NCBI GenBank assembly: GCA_003132425.1
Contig: PKXS01000142.1
Span: 653 to 64,652, forward strand
Length of the DNA: 64,000 nt
Direction: 5' to 3'
Origin: Gammaproteobacteria bacterium
Lineage (GTDB): Bacteria; Pseudomonadota; Gammaproteobacteria; Steroidobacterales; Steroidobacteraceae
This document shows positions 1 to 10,973 of this stretch, in pieces. Position 1 is the stretch's first letter. Each line of letters begins with the position of its first letter. The notes beneath the pieces are model-generated. The model saw only the letters and a program-made list of their open reading frames with translations, was not told the DNA's origin and made no database searches. Position numbers and translations under genes: made by a program.

Positions 1-404
1 AGCAAATAGCCGCGGAGGATCAAAAGAAAGTCGAGGCGGCGCAGCGGGAAAGCCGCGACAGGAATCTGCTGAGCACCTACGTCTCGGTGCAGGAAATCGA
101 ACGTCTGCGCGATCAGCGCGTCACGCTGCTGCAGGATCAGATCAAGGTTACCGGTCAATTTCTCGAGACGCTCAATGGGCGTCTGCGCAAGCTGCGTGTC
201 AACAGCATGAATTTCAAACCGTACAGCGACGATCCGAAGGCCCCGCCCATGTCGGACCAAATGGCGGAAGACTTGGTGCATGTCGGCAACGATATCCGCA
301 CGCAGGAGCAAAACCTGCAGCAGAAGCGCAGCGAGGAAGAAACGATGAGCAAGCAATTCGACAGCGACATTGCTCGCTATAAAGAGTTGAAGGGCATCCA
401 TTGA
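1..404 (+). CDS. C-terminal part of a coiled-coil hypothetical protein (5' end outside window)
   Basis: Frame 3 is open from nt 3 to the TGA at 402-404; the track ORF 87..404 begins at an internal GTG. Charged coiled-coil-like sequence with no catalytic motif recognised. Its stop overlaps the TTG start of coaBC (TTGA). Confidence 0.5.
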   Translation, partial: QIAAEDQKKVEAAQRESRDRNLLSTYVSVQEIERLRDQRVTLLQDQIKVTGQFLETLNGRLRKLRVNSMNFKPYSDDPKAPPMSDQMAEDLVHVGNDIRTQEQNLQQKRSEEETMSKQFDSDIARYKELKGIH

Positions 405-1678
405 CCCCCAAGACACGCATCCTGTTGGGAGTAACGGGCGGGATCGCGGCGTACAAGAGTCCGGATCTGGTGCGGCGGCTGATCGAACGAGGCGCTGAGG
501 TGCAGGTGGTGATGACCGCCGCCGCGAAGAGATTCGTCTCGCCGATGAGTTTTCAGGCCGTGTCGGGCCGGCCGACGCGCAGCGACTTGTGGGACAGCAC
601 TGCGGAGTCGGCCATGGGACACATCGAGCTTGCGCGCTGGGCGCAGCTGGTGTTGATCGCCCCGGCAAGCGCGGATTTTATCGCCCGCCTGGCCGGCGGA
701 CGGGCAGACGATTTGTTATCGACCCTGTGCGTCGCGACCGAAGCGTCGATCGTGCTGGCGCCGGCAATGAATCGCATCATGTGGGCGAACAAGGCAACCC
801 AGGCGAATGTGGAGTTATTGATTTCCCGGGGAGTGCGGATATTAGGGCCGGCCGCGGGGAACCAAGCTTGCGGAGAAGTCGGCGCGGGGCGCATGTGGGA
901 GCCGGTCAAGCTTGCCGAAAGCCTGCTGGAGCCGCCGGCGAACGCGGGGCTGCTGGCGGGCCTGAACATATTGATCACCGCCGGTCCCACGCGCGAGCGC
1001 CTCGATCCGGTGCGCTATCTCACCAACCGCAGCTCCGGGAAGATGGGCTTTGCCGTGGCGGCGGCGGCGCGCGAAGCCGGCGCGCACGTCACCATCGTCA
1101 CCGGCCCGGTGCAACTGCCGACGCCTGCCGGAATCACGCGCATCAACGTGGAAAGCGCGCGCGACATGTACGCGGCCGTTCACCGGCACGTGGCCGAAGC
1201 CGACGTATTCATTGCGGCGGCGGCGGTGGCGGATTTTCAGCCGGTGACCATCGCCAAGCAAAAGATCAAGAAGCAGGGTGTGTCGGTCAATATCGAACTT
1301 GAACCCGCGCCCGACATCGTCAGATCGGTAGCCGAGATGGCCAAGCGGCCCTTTGTGGTCGGCTTCGCCGCCGAAACCGACGACGTCGAGAACAACGCGC
1401 GCAGCAAGCTGAAACGTAAAAAGCTCGACATGATCGCCGCCAACCAGGTGGGCGACGGGATCGCGTTCGATTGCGACGACAATGCGCTGACCGTTCTGTG
1501 GCCCGGCGGCAAAACCGATGTGGCGCGCGGGCCGAAAATCGACGTGGCGCGCGAGCTCATTGCGATCATCGCCAAACGCCTGCCGCCGCCCGGCGGCCCG
1601 CGGCGGGGCGCGCGCAAACGACGCACCGCCGTTGCGGACTCGCGCAACCGTTTACGCAGTCGCCGGGCGCGTCGCTGA
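401..1678 (+). CDS. coaBC: Bifunctional phosphopantothenoylcysteine decarboxylase / phosphopantothenate-cysteine ligase
   Basis: 425 aa. N-terminal flavoprotein motif ILLGVTGGIAAYK and C-terminal CoaB region (ITAGPTRERLDPVRYLTNRSSGKMG). TTG start. Sits upstream of dut, as in E. coli dfp-dut. Confidence 0.94.
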   Translation: MTPKTRILLGVTGGIAAYKSPDLVRRLIERGAEVQVVMTAAAKRFVSPMSFQAVSGRPTRSDLWDSTAESAMGHIELARWAQLVLIAPASADFIARLAGGRADDLLSTLCVATEASIVLAPAMNRIMWANKATQANVELLISRGVRILGPAAGNQACGEVGAGRMWEPVKLAESLLEPPANAGLLAGLNILITAGPTRERLDPVRYLTNRSSGKMGFAVAAAAREAGAHVTIVTGPVQLPTPAGITRINVESARDMYAAVHRHVAEADVFIAAAAVADFQPVTIAKQKIKKQGVSVNIELEPAPDIVRSVAEMAKRPFVVGFAAETDDVENNARSKLKRKKLDMIAANQVGDGIAFDCDDNALTVLWPGGKTDVARGPKIDVARELIAIIAKRLPPPGGPRRGARKRRTAVADSRNRLRSRRARR

Positions 1679-1684
1679 CCCTGC

Positions 1685-2143
1685 ATGCTGCGCACGATCA
1701 AGCTGCGGATCTTGGACCCGCGCATGGGCCGGGAATTTCCGCTGCCCAAGCGCGCCACGGCAGGTTCGGCCGGCGTCGACTTGCGTGCCTGCATCGATGC
1801 CCCGCTGGCGCTGCCGCCGGGCAACGCCGAGTTGATTCCGACCGGGATTTCGATTTACGTCGAAGAGCCTGGGTATGCCGCGATCTTGCTGCCGCGCTCC
1901 GGACTCGGCCACAAGCACGGCATCGTGCTCGGCAATTTGGTCGGGCTCATCGATTCGGACTATCAGGGACCTTTGATGGTCTCCTGTTGGAATCGCGGCG
2001 CCGCGCCCTTCACCATCAATCCCGGCGATCGCATCGCGCAATTGGTGATAGTGCCCGTCGTCCAAGTGGATTTCGAATTGGTGCAGGACTTTGCGGCAAC
2101 CACTCGAGGCGCGGGCGGTTTCGGCAGCTCTGGTCAGCGCTAG
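1685..2143 (+). CDS. dut: dUTP diphosphatase
   Basis: 152 aa with dUTPase motifs [16 protein letters not shown] and C-terminal [10 protein letters not shown]. Confidence 0.95.
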   Translation: MLRTIKLRILDPRMGREFPLPKRATAGSAGVDLRACIDAPLALPPGNAELIPTGISIYVEEPGYAAILLPRSGLGHKHGIVLGNLVGLIDSDYQGPLMVSCWNRGAAPFTINPGDRIAQLVIVPVVQVDFELVQDFAATTRGAGGFGSSGQR

Positions 2144-2206
2144 CAGGGCTTAAATCTCCTCTCTCGCCCGCGAAATGGCGCTAGGGAGTGTTGCGCGCCT
2201 TGGGCC

Positions 2207-2893
2207 ATGCTGGCGCGCATGGCAATCCGGGACTGGCCGAGCGACGAACGACCGCGCGAGAAGCTGCTCGATAAGGGCGCCGCGGCGCTCTCGGATGCGG
2301 AATTGCTGGCGATACTGCTGCGCACCGGCATGCGCGGCCACTCTGCCGTGGATCTTGCGCGCGACGTGCTGAAGAGTTTTCGTTCGCTGCGAAAGCTGAT
2401 CGCCGCCGATCGCCGGCGCTTCTGCGCGGAGCCCGGCCTCGGGCTGACGCGGTTCGCGGAGCTGCAGGCCGCGGTCGAAATCTCACGGCGGCAACTGTCG
2501 GAAAGCTTGCGCGCCGGCCCCTCGCTGGCAAGCCCCAGGGCAACCTGCGACTACCTGACCGCCCGGCTGCGCGACCTCGAACACGAGGTCTTCTGCTGTC
2601 TATACCTCGATAAGCGCCACCGCTTGATTCAGTTCGAGGAGCTGTTCCGCGGCACGATCGACGGCGCCAGCGTACATCCGCGCGAGATCGTGAAGCTGGC
2701 GCTGCAGCGCAACTCCGCTGCCGTCATCGTCGCGCACAATCACCCGTCGGGCATCGCCGAGCCCAGTCAGGCCGATGAGCTGATCACGCAGCGGGTGAAA
2801 GAGGCGCTGGCGCTGGTCGACATCCGGCTGCTCGATCACATCATCATCGGCGACGGCAGCAGCGTGTCGCTGGCCGAGCGTGGACTTCTGTAA
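2207..2893 (+). CDS. radC: RadC-family JAB/MPN domain protein
   Basis: 228 aa. N-terminal ERPREKLL...[11 protein letters not shown] and JAMM-like HNHPSG..SQAD motif. The ATG at 2219 is an equally plausible start. Confidence 0.88.
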   Translation: MLARMAIRDWPSDERPREKLLDKGAAALSDAELLAILLRTGMRGHSAVDLARDVLKSFRSLRKLIAADRRRFCAEPGLGLTRFAELQAAVEISRRQLSESLRAGPSLASPRATCDYLTARLRDLEHEVFCCLYLDKRHRLIQFEELFRGTIDGASVHPREIVKLALQRNSAAVIVAHNHPSGIAEPSQADELITQRVKEALALVDIRLLDHIIIGDGSSVSLAERGLL

Positions 2894-3025
2894 AATGTGG
2901 AGTTAAATGGGTGCGCGCCTTGTTTTTGTGGGTTGGCGGCCGGGAGAACTTCACATATCCACGGTAAAGGGCCTGCAATCGGCCAGGAGCGGACACCGGC
3001 GCGTGGTTACGGCCGTCTGATAAGA

Positions 3026-3925
3026 TCAAAGAGGCGGTCGCGGATGCATCCAGTGCTGCTGCAAAAAATCTACGAAGGCGCGCACCTTCGGCAGGAGCAG
3101 GCGGTTGCGCAGGGTTAGGATGCTCAATGGCGTGGGCGGCCGCTGATAGGCCTCGAGCACAATCCTAAGCCGGCCGTCAGCGAGACAATGCGCAACCTGC
3201 CAGGACGGCACTCGGATGAGCCCGGCCCCTGCCAAAGCCGCACTGACCAACGTATCGAAGTCATTGGCGCAAAGCCGGGTTGGAATGCGCAGAGATCTTC
3301 GCACTGCCCCGTCTTGGAAGCTCCATTCCGCCACGCCTGGTGCATCGCCGAAGGCCAGGCAGTCCTGCTCGATCAGGTCGTCCGGCGTCGCCGGCTCGCC
3401 GCGCCGGCGCAGATAATCCGGCGCGGCGCAGACAACAAGCTGGATGTCGTCGAGCTTGCGGACAATTAGACCTGAGTCTTCCAGCGGTCCAATGCGAAGG
3501 GCAACATCGATACCTTCCTCGGCAAGACGTACCGGTCGATCCACCAGCATCAGATCGACCGAGACCCGAGTCTGCTCCACCAGAAAGCCGGGCAGCATTG
3601 GCGCCAACCGCAACCGACCGAGCAGCGACGGAGCGCTCACATGCAACCGACCGGACGCGACTCCCGTCTGCATCGTCAGGCCGCGTTCCATCTCGGCGAT
3701 TTCCTCCAAAATCTGCTTCGCCCGTTCGTAGTAGAGTCGACCGGACTCGGTCAGCGAGAGATGGCGCGTCGTCCTCTCGACAAGCGTGGTGTCGAGGACC
3801 TCTTCGAGTGCCATGAGTTGGCGGCTGACGGAGGTCAGAGAAAGACCCAACTGACGGCCTGCGGCCGACAGGCTCCCAGCATCCGCAATCCTAACGAACA
3901 CCCGCATCGCCGCGAACTTGTCCAT
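3026..3925 (-). CDS. LysR-family transcriptional regulator
   Basis: 299 aa. N-terminal wHTH (FVRIADAGSLSAAGRQLGLSLTSVSRQLMALE) followed by a LysR substrate-binding domain. Divergent from 4038..5033. Confidence 0.9.
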   Translation of the reverse strand: MDKFAAMRVFVRIADAGSLSAAGRQLGLSLTSVSRQLMALEEVLDTTLVERTTRHLSLTESGRLYYERAKQILEEIAEMERGLTMQTGVASGRLHVSAPSLLGRLRLAPMLPGFLVEQTRVSVDLMLVDRPVRLAEEGIDVALRIGPLEDSGLIVRKLDDIQLVVCAAPDYLRRRGEPATPDDLIEQDCLAFGDAPGVAEWSFQDGAVRRSLRIPTRLCANDFDTLVSAALAGAGLIRVPSWQVAHCLADGRLRIVLEAYQRPPTPLSILTLRNRLLLPKVRAFVDFLQQHWMHPRPPL

Positions 3926-4037
3926 GGGCGTATTATCGCGAAAAACGGGAAGATGTCTCGCTAAATCTACAGATACTCACCAAAACCGGGAGACTCTATG
4001 ATGTCGATCGTGGGAGGACAGAACAGAGGAGCGAGCG

Positions 4038-5033
4038 ATGAAGATCTGCGTATTCGGCGCCGGGGCGATCGGCGGTTACATGGCGGGGGAACTCGCATTG
4101 GCGGGCCATGAAGTGTGTGCAATTGCCCGCGGTGCGCATCTGGCGGCCATTCGGAGCCACGGGCTCAAGTTAATCGTGGAGGGACAGACGCGCACGGTAG
4201 ACTTGCCGGCGAGCGACGACCCCGCGACGTTCGGCCCGCAGGACGTCGTGATCTGCGCGCTGAAGGCGCAGCAGGCCCACGCCAGCGCGGGCGCGTTCGC
4301 TCCGCTCCTCGGTCCGCGCACCGCCGTTCTCACCGCGATGAATGGCATTCCCTGGTGGTATTTCTACAAGGAGCGCGGCCCGCTAGATGGCCATCATTTG
4401 GAAAGCGTCGATCCCGGCGCCGCGCAATGGAACGCGATTGGACCCGAGCGCGCCATCGGGTGTGTCGTCGATCCCGCCTGCGAGGTCGTGGCACCCGGGG
4501 TCATCGAACATCGCTTGTTCAAGCGCTTCACCATCGGCGAACCCGACGGCTCCGCCTCTGACCGCATCGTGGCCCTGCGCGATGCCCTGGTTTCGGCCGG
4601 CTTCGATGCACCGATCCGCGACACGATCCGCTGGAACATCTGGCTCAAGCTGTGGGGCAACGTCTGTTTCAACCCGATCAGCGCCCTTACCCTCGCGACT
4701 CTGGATCGCGTAACCTCCGAGCCCGGCCTCCGCGCCCTATGCAACTCCATGATGGCCGAAGCCCACGCGATAACTACATCGCTCGGTCTCACCATTCCAG
4801 AACAAATGATGGAGAGGCGACTGAACGCAGCCGGTTCCGTCGTCGGTCACAAAATTTCAATGCTGCAAGATCTCGAACGAGGCCGATCCCTAGAGATCGA
4901 TGCACTCGTCACCGCCGTCCAGGAAATGGGCCGCCTCGTCAAGGTCGCAACACCAACGATCGACACGGTGCTTGCGTTGGTACAAGAACGTGGCCGGCAG
5001 GCTGGACTCTACGGCAATGATGCCCAGCGCTAA
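4038..5033 (+). CDS. 2-dehydropantoate 2-reductase family (PanE/ApbA-like) oxidoreductase
   Basis: 331 aa. N-terminal Rossmann MKICVFGAGAIGG and ketopantoate-reductase-like C-terminal domain. Divergent LysR partner. Confidence 0.82.
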   Translation: MKICVFGAGAIGGYMAGELALAGHEVCAIARGAHLAAIRSHGLKLIVEGQTRTVDLPASDDPATFGPQDVVICALKAQQAHASAGAFAPLLGPRTAVLTAMNGIPWWYFYKERGPLDGHHLESVDPGAAQWNAIGPERAIGCVVDPACEVVAPGVIEHRLFKRFTIGEPDGSASDRIVALRDALVSAGFDAPIRDTIRWNIWLKLWGNVCFNPISALTLATLDRVTSEPGLRALCNSMMAEAHAITTSLGLTIPEQMMERRLNAAGSVVGHKISMLQDLERGRSLEIDALVTAVQEMGRLVKVATPTIDTVLALVQERGRQAGLYGNDAQR

Positions 5034-5197
5034 GCCCGGGCTTTCCTGCGCCAAACAGGGCACGCCTCGCGCCAGAGCAATCGCCCGCGCACAAAGTATT
5101 GAATATTAAAGTCTTTTCCCGTTCGTGTTGCCGCATTCGAGGCGGCCTGGTATAAAGCGCGGCTGTCCAAACACGTTCGAGCGCTAAGGTTTACCAC

Positions 5198-5434
5198 ATG
5201 TCGCGAGTCTGCCAGGTCACGGGCAAGGGCCCCAAAACGGGTAATACGGTCTCTCACGCGAACAATCGCAAGCGGCGCCGGTTTTTGCCCAATTTGCACT
5301 CTCACCGATTTTGGCTCGAGACGGAAAAACGCTTCGTGAGCCTGCGCGTGACGACGCGCGGTCTGCGCACCATCGAAAAGCGCGGCGTGGAGGTGGTGGT
5401 CGCGGATCTGCGCGCCCAGGGCGTCAAGGTGTAG
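5198..5434 (+). CDS. rpmB: 50S ribosomal protein L28
   Basis: 78 aa, [33 protein letters not shown] is canonical L28. Confidence 0.97.
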   Translation: MSRVCQVTGKGPKTGNTVSHANNRKRRRFLPNLHSHRFWLETEKRFVSLRVTTRGLRTIEKRGVEVVVADLRAQGVKV

Positions 5435-5446
5435 GGGGCATTGCCG

Positions 5447-5602
5447 ATGCGCGATAAAATCAAACTGGTCTCTTCGGCAGGCACCGGGCACTACTACACC
5501 ACCACGAAGAACAAGCGTCTGCATCCGGACAAGATGGAGACCAAGAAATTCGATCCGGTCGCGCGCAAGCACGTGGCCTATAAAGAATCGAAGATCAAGT
5601 AG
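5447..5602 (+). CDS. rpmG: 50S ribosomal protein L33
   Basis: Below the 60-aa cutoff of the track. Hand translation from ATG 5447 to TAG 5600-5602 gives 51 aa, [51 protein letters not shown]. It lies 12 nt after rpmB. Confidence 0.95.
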   Translation: MRDKIKLVSSAGTGHYYTTTKNKRLHPDKMETKKFDPVARKHVAYKESKIK

Positions 5603-5656
5603 GCAGGAGTTTGATCCGCCGGCCGGCGGCATCGCTCGGAGCGGGCAAATCTAGCC

Positions 5657-6472
5657 ATGCCCGAGCTCCCTGAAGTAGAAACCACTCGGCGCGGCATCGC
5701 GCCCGCCCTATTGGAGCGGCGAGTCGTCGAGGTGATCGTGCGCGAGCGCCGGCTACGCTGGCCCATACCCGCAAGTCTAGAGTCCGTGCTTCCCGGTCAA
5801 ATCGTTCGCCGAATCGAGCGCCGGGCGAAATACATCTTGATCCGCTTCGATGCCGGCACCTTGATACTGCACCTCGGCATGTCGGGGAGTCTGCGGGTGC
5901 TTAAGTCGGACGTGCGGCCCGAGCTCCACGATCACTGGGATATCCGCATGGACACAGGGATGCTGCTGCGATTTCACGACCCGCGGCGCTTCGGCAGTTT
6001 GCATTGGACGGAATTCGATCCGCGATTGCACCCGCTGTTGGTCAAGCTCGCCCCGGAACCGCTGACTCAACGCTTCGACGGCGAGTATTTGTTTCGCCTC
6101 ACGCGCAAACGCGCGGTGGCCATCAAGCAATTCATCATGAACTCGCAGGCGGTGGTGGGGGTCGGCAATATTTACGCGAGCGAGGCGCTGTTTCGCGCGC
6201 GTATTGCGCCGCGGCGCGCAGCCCGGCGGATCAGCCGGACACAGGCCCACTTGCTGGCGCGGGCGATCAAAGACGTCCTGACCGAGGCGATCAAGATCGG
6301 CGGCACGACTTTGCGGGACTACGTCAATGCCGAGGGCACGCCGGGATATTTTCGGCAGAGGCTATTCGTGTACGAACGCGCGGGAGAACTCTGTCGCGTT
6401 TGCAAATCGCCGGTTAAACGCTTCGTGCAAGGACAGCGCTCGACGTATTGGTGCCCGGCCTGCCAGCACTGA
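5657..6472 (+). CDS. mutM: Formamidopyrimidine-DNA glycosylase
   Basis: 271 aa. N-terminal MPELPEVE catalytic Pro2/Glu3, H2TH, and C-terminal zinc finger CRVC...CPAC. Confidence 0.95.
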   Translation: MPELPEVETTRRGIAPALLERRVVEVIVRERRLRWPIPASLESVLPGQIVRRIERRAKYILIRFDAGTLILHLGMSGSLRVLKSDVRPELHDHWDIRMDTGMLLRFHDPRRFGSLHWTEFDPRLHPLLVKLAPEPLTQRFDGEYLFRLTRKRAVAIKQFIMNSQAVVGVGNIYASEALFRARIAPRRAARRISRTQAHLLARAIKDVLTEAIKIGGTTLRDYVNAEGTPGYFRQRLFVYERAGELCRVCKSPVKRFVQGQRSTYWCPACQH

Positions 6473-6485
6473 ACGGTTGGACCGC

Positions 6486-8198
6486 CTAGTAAACCAGGCC
6501 CTCGCCCTCGCCGCGGGGGTCGGATGCCGCCTCCACTTTGCCGTCGGCGAAATCCCAAGTGATCACCTGCATGTTGCCCCAACGCCGGCTGGATTCCTTG
6601 AGCGTCTGACCCTTGGCCTGAAGCTGAGCGATCTCGCTCCCCGACAGGGCGCCCGGTTCGTAGTCGACGACATCCGGCAAATACTGGTGGTGATAGCGGG
6701 GGTATTTCACGATCTGTGCGGCGTTCATTCCATCCAGATAATTGAGCGTCCCCAACAGCACCATGCTGATGATGTAACTGCCGCCCGGTGTTCCGATGAT
6801 CATCAAACCTTTGGGCGTTTCCACAAAGCTCGGCGTCATGCTGGAGAGGGGGCGCTTGTTGGGCGCAATCTCGTTGGCCTTGTCGCCCACCAGACCGAAC
6901 GCATTCGGCGTTGCGGGTTTGATGGAGAAATCGTCCATGGTGTCATTGAGCAAAACACCGGTCTTGGCGGGCATGAACCCTGAACCGAAAAACAGATTGA
7001 TCGAGATCGTGCCGGCGACGCGATTGCCGTCGGAATCCAGAATCGAGAAATGCGTGGTCTGCATTCCCGCCGGCCGAGCCTCGATGCCGGGCAGCATATC
7101 GCTGGGCATCGCCTTGTCGGGGCGAATGCTGGAGCGCTGGCCGGCGGCGTAGTCCGCACTGGTGAGCTGCGCGAGGGGCAGCTTGACGAAATCAGGATCG
7201 CCCAGGTACAGCGCCCGATCGCGGTACGCGCGGCGCATGGCCTCTATGACCAGGTGCTTGCGCGTGGCGGAGTCGTATTGGCGCAGGTCGAAGCCGGACA
7301 GGATATTAAGCGCGTCGAGCAACGCGACGCCTCCCGAAGACGGCGGCGAGGCGGAGACGATGCGCGCTCCTCGATACTCGCCCGTCACGGGCTTGCGCTC
7401 GATGACTTTGTAGGCCGCAAGATCGGCCAGCGTCCAAATCCCGCCGCTCGCCCGCACGCCGCTCACCAGGTCCTCGGCCACGCGACCGGCATAGAACCCC
7501 TTGGCGCCCTGCTGGGCAATGGCCTCGAACGTCGCGGCTAAATCGGGCTGCTTGATGATCGCGCCGACTTCCGGCACAGCGCCGTCGGCGGTCAAAAACA
7601 CCTTGGCCACATCGGCGGACCGCAGCAACATGTCGCGCTTGTAGCGAATGGCCCCTTGCAGGCGCGCGTACAAAGGGAACCCGTCGCGCGCCAGGCGAAT
7701 CGCCGGTGCCAGGCTTTGCCGCAGGGGCAATTTCCCGAACCTGCGCGCCAGGTATTCGAAGACCGCGGGCTCGCCCGGAATTGCCGCCGCCAGCGGCCCG
7801 TAAGTGGAGGCATTGGCGATCGGGTTGCCCGCCTTGTCCAGGTACATATCGCGCGAGGAGCCGCCGGGCGCTTTTTCGCGGGCATCCAGCATGGTTTCGA
7901 AGCCGTCGGCCTGGCGGTGCAGCAGATAAAACCCGCCTCCCCCTAAGCCGGAGCTGGTGGGCTCAACCACCGCCAGCGCCGCCGACACTGCCACGGCGGC
8001 GTCGAATGCATTGCCGCCCTGGGACAGAATCTCTTGGCCGGCCCGGCTCGCCAAGGGGTAGGCGCTCGCGATCGCGGATTTGTGTGGGGCGGCCGAGTCA
8101 TGGGCGCGCGACGCCGGCGATCCGGCGATCACCAGCGCGGTCAAGCAGGCTGCGGTAAAAGCCCAGCGCGCGGCGCGGGCTGCGGTTGAGTCCTTCAA
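6486..8198 (-). CDS. ggt: Gamma-glutamyltransferase
   Basis: 570 aa with a signal-peptide-like N-terminus and autoprocessing/nucleophile region [14 protein letters not shown] start overlaps the coaD stop. Confidence 0.9.
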   Translation of the reverse strand: MKDSTAARAARWAFTAACLTALVIAGSPASRAHDSAAPHKSAIASAYPLASRAGQEILSQGGNAFDAAVAVSAALAVVEPTSSGLGGGGFYLLHRQADGFETMLDAREKAPGGSSRDMYLDKAGNPIANASTYGPLAAAIPGEPAVFEYLARRFGKLPLRQSLAPAIRLARDGFPLYARLQGAIRYKRDMLLRSADVAKVFLTADGAVPEVGAIIKQPDLAATFEAIAQQGAKGFYAGRVAEDLVSGVRASGGIWTLADLAAYKVIERKPVTGEYRGARIVSASPPSSGGVALLDALNILSGFDLRQYDSATRKHLVIEAMRRAYRDRALYLGDPDFVKLPLAQLTSADYAAGQRSSIRPDKAMPSDMLPGIEARPAGMQTTHFSILDSDGNRVAGTISINLFFGSGFMPAKTGVLLNDTMDDFSIKPATPNAFGLVGDKANEIAPNKRPLSSMTPSFVETPKGLMIIGTPGGSYIISMVLLGTLNYLDGMNAAQIVKYPRYHHQYLPDVVDYEPGALSGSEIAQLQAKGQTLKESSRRWGNMQVITWDFADGKVEAASDPRGEGEGLVY

Positions 8199-8680
8199 CT
8201 TTGGCGATGCCGCTTCAGCTCGATCTCGACGATCGGGTGCACGAATTCGGAAACGTTGCCGCCCAACACGGCAATTTCGCGCACCAGAGTCGAGGAAATG
8301 AACGTGTATTGCTCTTGCGGCGTCATGAATACCGACTCGATTTCCGGCGACAGGTGGCGGCTCATATTAGCCAATTGAAACTCAAATTCGAAGTCCGACA
8401 CGGCGCGCAGGCCGCGCACGATCACGGCCAAATCCTGTTGCCGGGCAAAATCGACCGTCAGCCCCGCATAGCCCATCACATCGACATTGCGCACATCGGC
8501 GAGCACCCGGCGCGCCATGTCGACGCGCTCGTCGAGCGTGAACATCGGCGCCTTGTTGGGATTGGCGGCAATGGCGACCACCAAGCGATCGAAAATACTG
8601 GCGGCACGGCGCACCAGGTCATGGTGTCCATTGGTGATCGGATCGAATGTCCCAGGGTAAACGGCTGTTCTTTTGTGCAT
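8195..8680 (-). CDS. coaD: Phosphopantetheine adenylyltransferase
   Basis: Track ORF 8195..8755 trimmed to the ATG at 8680 ([23 protein letters not shown], the T/HxGH nucleotidyltransferase motif). This ATG overlaps the rsmD TAA by 1 nt (TAATG). Confidence 0.92.
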   Translation of the reverse strand: MHKRTAVYPGTFDPITNGHHDLVRRAASIFDRLVVAIAANPNKAPMFTLDERVDMARRVLADVRNVDVMGYAGLTVDFARQQDLAVIVRGLRAVSDFEFEFQLANMSRHLSPEIESVFMTPQEQYTFISSTLVREIAVLGGNVSEFVHPIVEIELKRHRQS

Positions 8681-9294
8681 TAGCCAAACCGAGCGTGAGC
8701 GCGCACCAGATGATACCCCACCTGGCCCGCCGACTTCGATTTGAGCAGTTCCCAATGCGCCGGCAGTACCGGCACGCCGGCGGCTCGTTCATTTTCCAAA
8801 TACACCAGACCGCCTGCGTTAAGCCAATTGCCGGCATCGATCAGCGGGATATATTGCGCCAAGGCGTCGGAGCCGAACGGCGGATCCAGAAACACGATAT
8901 CGAAGGACTCCCCCGGCGCGCGCAAATAGCGCGCGGCGCCCATTTCCACGACTCGCCCCTTGAGACTGGCGCCCAATCGGGCGAGCTGCTCCTGCAATAC
9001 ACGCGAGGCCGCCACCGCCTGCTCGACGAAGACCGCCTCCTTGGCGCCGCGCGACAAGGCTTCGAGGCCGAGCGCGCCGGATCCGGCAAATAAATCCAGG
9101 CAACGAGCACCCATGATGGAATTCTGCAGCCAGTTGAACAGCGTTTCGCGCACCCGATCCGGCGTCGGACGAAGCCCCGGAGTGTCTGGGAAGCTGACGC
9201 GCCGGCCGCGCCACATCCCGCCGATAATTCGCACCGAGTTGCGGCCGCCGGGCACTGGCTGTTCCGTCTTAAGGGTGTTCATCGCTTTTATCAT
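8680..9294 (-). CDS. rsmD: 16S rRNA (guanine966-N2)-methyltransferase
   Basis: Track ORF (333 aa) trimmed to the ATG at 9294 (MIKAMNTLK...; alternative ATG 9282). Motifs [37 protein letters not shown]. Divergent from ftsY as in E. coli. Confidence 0.85.
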   Translation of the reverse strand: MIKAMNTLKTEQPVPGGRNSVRIIGGMWRGRRVSFPDTPGLRPTPDRVRETLFNWLQNSIMGARCLDLFAGSGALGLEALSRGAKEAVFVEQAVAASRVLQEQLARLGASLKGRVVEMGAARYLRAPGESFDIVFLDPPFGSDALAQYIPLIDAGNWLNAGGLVYLENERAAGVPVLPAHWELLKSKSAGQVGYHLVRAHARFG

Positions 9295-9357
9295 ACCCTT
9301 TAGATCCGCTGCATCCTCCAAGGTCAATGCCGCTCCCTCTGCTAAGCTCTGCATCCC

Positions 9358-10320
9358 ATGACGAACGACGGCGAGCCCGGCATCCGCGGCTTTTTCAAGC
9401 GCCTGCGCGCAAAATTGAACCAAGGCCCCGCGTGGCTCACCGCCGATCTGGCAGAGCTGCTGCCCGGGGGCAAGATCGACGCGCAGATTCTGGACCGGCT
9501 CGAAACCAGGCTGATAACCTCCGACGTGGGCGTCGAAGCGTCCTCCCGCATCCTCGAGGAGTTGCGCAAACGCGTGGCGCGTCAAGAGCTCGACGATGTC
9601 GGCGCATTGCTCAAGGCATTGCACGCAGCCATGTTCGATATCCTGAAGCCGGTAGAACAGGCCCTCATCGTCGACCGGCAAATCAAGCCCTACGTGATTC
9701 TCGTCGTGGGGATCAACGGCTCAGGCAAAACCACCACCATCGGCAAGCTGGCGCGCCGGCTGATGGCCGACGGCTGCAGCGTCTTGCTGGCCGCCGGCGA
9801 CACCTTTCGCGCGGCGGCTCGCGAGCAATTGGAGGTGTGGGCGGCGCGCAATCAGGTGCCCATCGTCGCTCAGTCTGCCGGAGCGGAGCCCGCCGCCGTC
9901 ATATTCGACGCCCTGCAGGCGGCGCGCGCACGCGGGATCGATGTCCTGATTGCCGATACCGCCGGACGCCTACACACACAGACGCATCTGATGGAGGAAT
10001 TGAAGAAGATCAAACGCGTCCTTGCGAGGCTCGACCCCGGTGCGCCGCATGAAGTCTTGTTGGTGTTGGACGGCACGATCGGCCAGAACGCCATTGCGCA
10101 AGCGGAGCAGTTTCATAAGGGCCTGGGTGTCACCGGTCTGGTCATCACCAAGCTGGACGGCACGGCCAAGGGCGGCGTCGTGCTCGCCATCGCGCAAAAA
10201 CTGAAAATACCCATTCGCTTCATCGGCGTCGGCGAGCAGTTGGATGATTTCGGCGTGTTCAATGCCGCGGATTTCGTCTCCGCCCTATTGAAGTCCGAGC
10301 CCGGCGAAGCGGCGGCATGA
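9358..10320 (+). CDS. ftsY: Signal recognition particle receptor FtsY
   Basis: 320 aa NG domain with GINGSGKTTTIGKLA, DTAGRL, TKLDGTAKGG. Short N-terminus, without the long acidic A domain. Confidence 0.95.
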   Translation: MTNDGEPGIRGFFKRLRAKLNQGPAWLTADLAELLPGGKIDAQILDRLETRLITSDVGVEASSRILEELRKRVARQELDDVGALLKALHAAMFDILKPVEQALIVDRQIKPYVILVVGINGSGKTTTIGKLARRLMADGCSVLLAAGDTFRAAAREQLEVWAARNQVPIVAQSAGAEPAAVIFDALQAARARGIDVLIADTAGRLHTQTHLMEELKKIKRVLARLDPGAPHEVLLVLDGTIGQNAIAQAEQFHKGLGVTGLVITKLDGTAKGGVVLAIAQKLKIPIRFIGVGEQLDDFGVFNAADFVSALLKSEPGEAAA

Positions 10321-10973
10321 TTCGCTTCGACCAGGTCCATAAACGATACCCCAACGGCCGCGAGGCGCTGGCCGGCATTTCGTTCAATGTCGAGCGCGGC
10401 GAGTTGTGTTTCTTGACCGGCCATTCAGGTGCGGGCAAGAGCAGCATTTTGAAATTGATTGCGCTCATCGAGCGCCCTACCCGCGGACAAGTGTTCGTCA
10501 ACAACCAAAACACGGCAGGCGTAAAATCCCGGGGCATACCGCAGTTTCGGCGGCAAATCGGCGTCGTGTTTCAGGATCACAAACTTCTGCATGACCGGCC
10601 CGTGTCGGACAACGTGGCGCTGCCGCTGATCATCGCGGGTGTCTCGAAGCGCGAGATCGACAAACGCGTGCGCGCGGCGCTCGATCAAGTGGGCTTGCTG
10701 GGCAAGGAGAAGAGCCGGCCATTGGAGCTTTCGACGGGGGAACAGCAGCGAGTGGGGATCGCGCGCGCCGTGGTCGCGAAGCCATCGCTGCTGATCGCCG
10801 ATGAGCCCACCGGTAATTTGGATCCGGATCTCGCGCTCGAGACAATGAAGCTATTCAAGCGTTTCAACGATGTCGGCGCCACGGTGGTCATCGCCACCCA
10901 CGATGTGCATCTCATCGAGCAATTGGCCGCCCGGCGTATCGTGATCGACGGCGGCCGCGTCGCCTCGCCATGA
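10317..10973 (+). CDS. ftsE: Cell-division ABC transporter ATP-binding protein FtsE
   Basis: 218 aa. Walker A GHSGAGKSS, signature LSTGEQQR, Walker B LLIADEPT. ATGA overlap with ftsY. Confidence 0.95.
   Translation: MIRFDQVHKRYPNGREALAGISFNVERGELCFLTGHSGAGKSSILKLIALIERPTRGQVFVNNQNTAGVKSRGIPQFRRQIGVVFQDHKLLHDRPVSDNVALPLIIAGVSKREIDKRVRAALDQVGLLGKEKSRPLELSTGEQQRVGIARAVVAKPSLLIADEPTGNLDPDLALETMKLFKRFNDVGATVVIATHDVHLIEQLAARRIVIDGGRVASP

Noticed and set aside
1585-1678. Arg-rich C-terminal tail of about 30 aa on CoaBC (PPPGGPRRGARKRRTAVADSRNRLRSRRARR)
   Set aside because: It is probably just read-through to the first stop before dut in GC-rich sequence. There is no motif or evidence of function. 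It is noted in the feature evidence only.
8680-9681. Long N-terminal extensions of real genes in the track (rsmD 333 aa; also 14680..15750, 15612..16514, 16277..18550, 27018..27557, 31216..32589, 32004..33404, 47121..48467, 47864..49552, 49153..50610, 51249..52778, 54780..55397)
   Set aside because: The extensions overlap neighbouring genes or promoters and are Arg-rich nonsense. In each case an internal ATG/GTG gives the family-typical N-terminus, often with an ATGA/GTGA overlap to the upstream stop.
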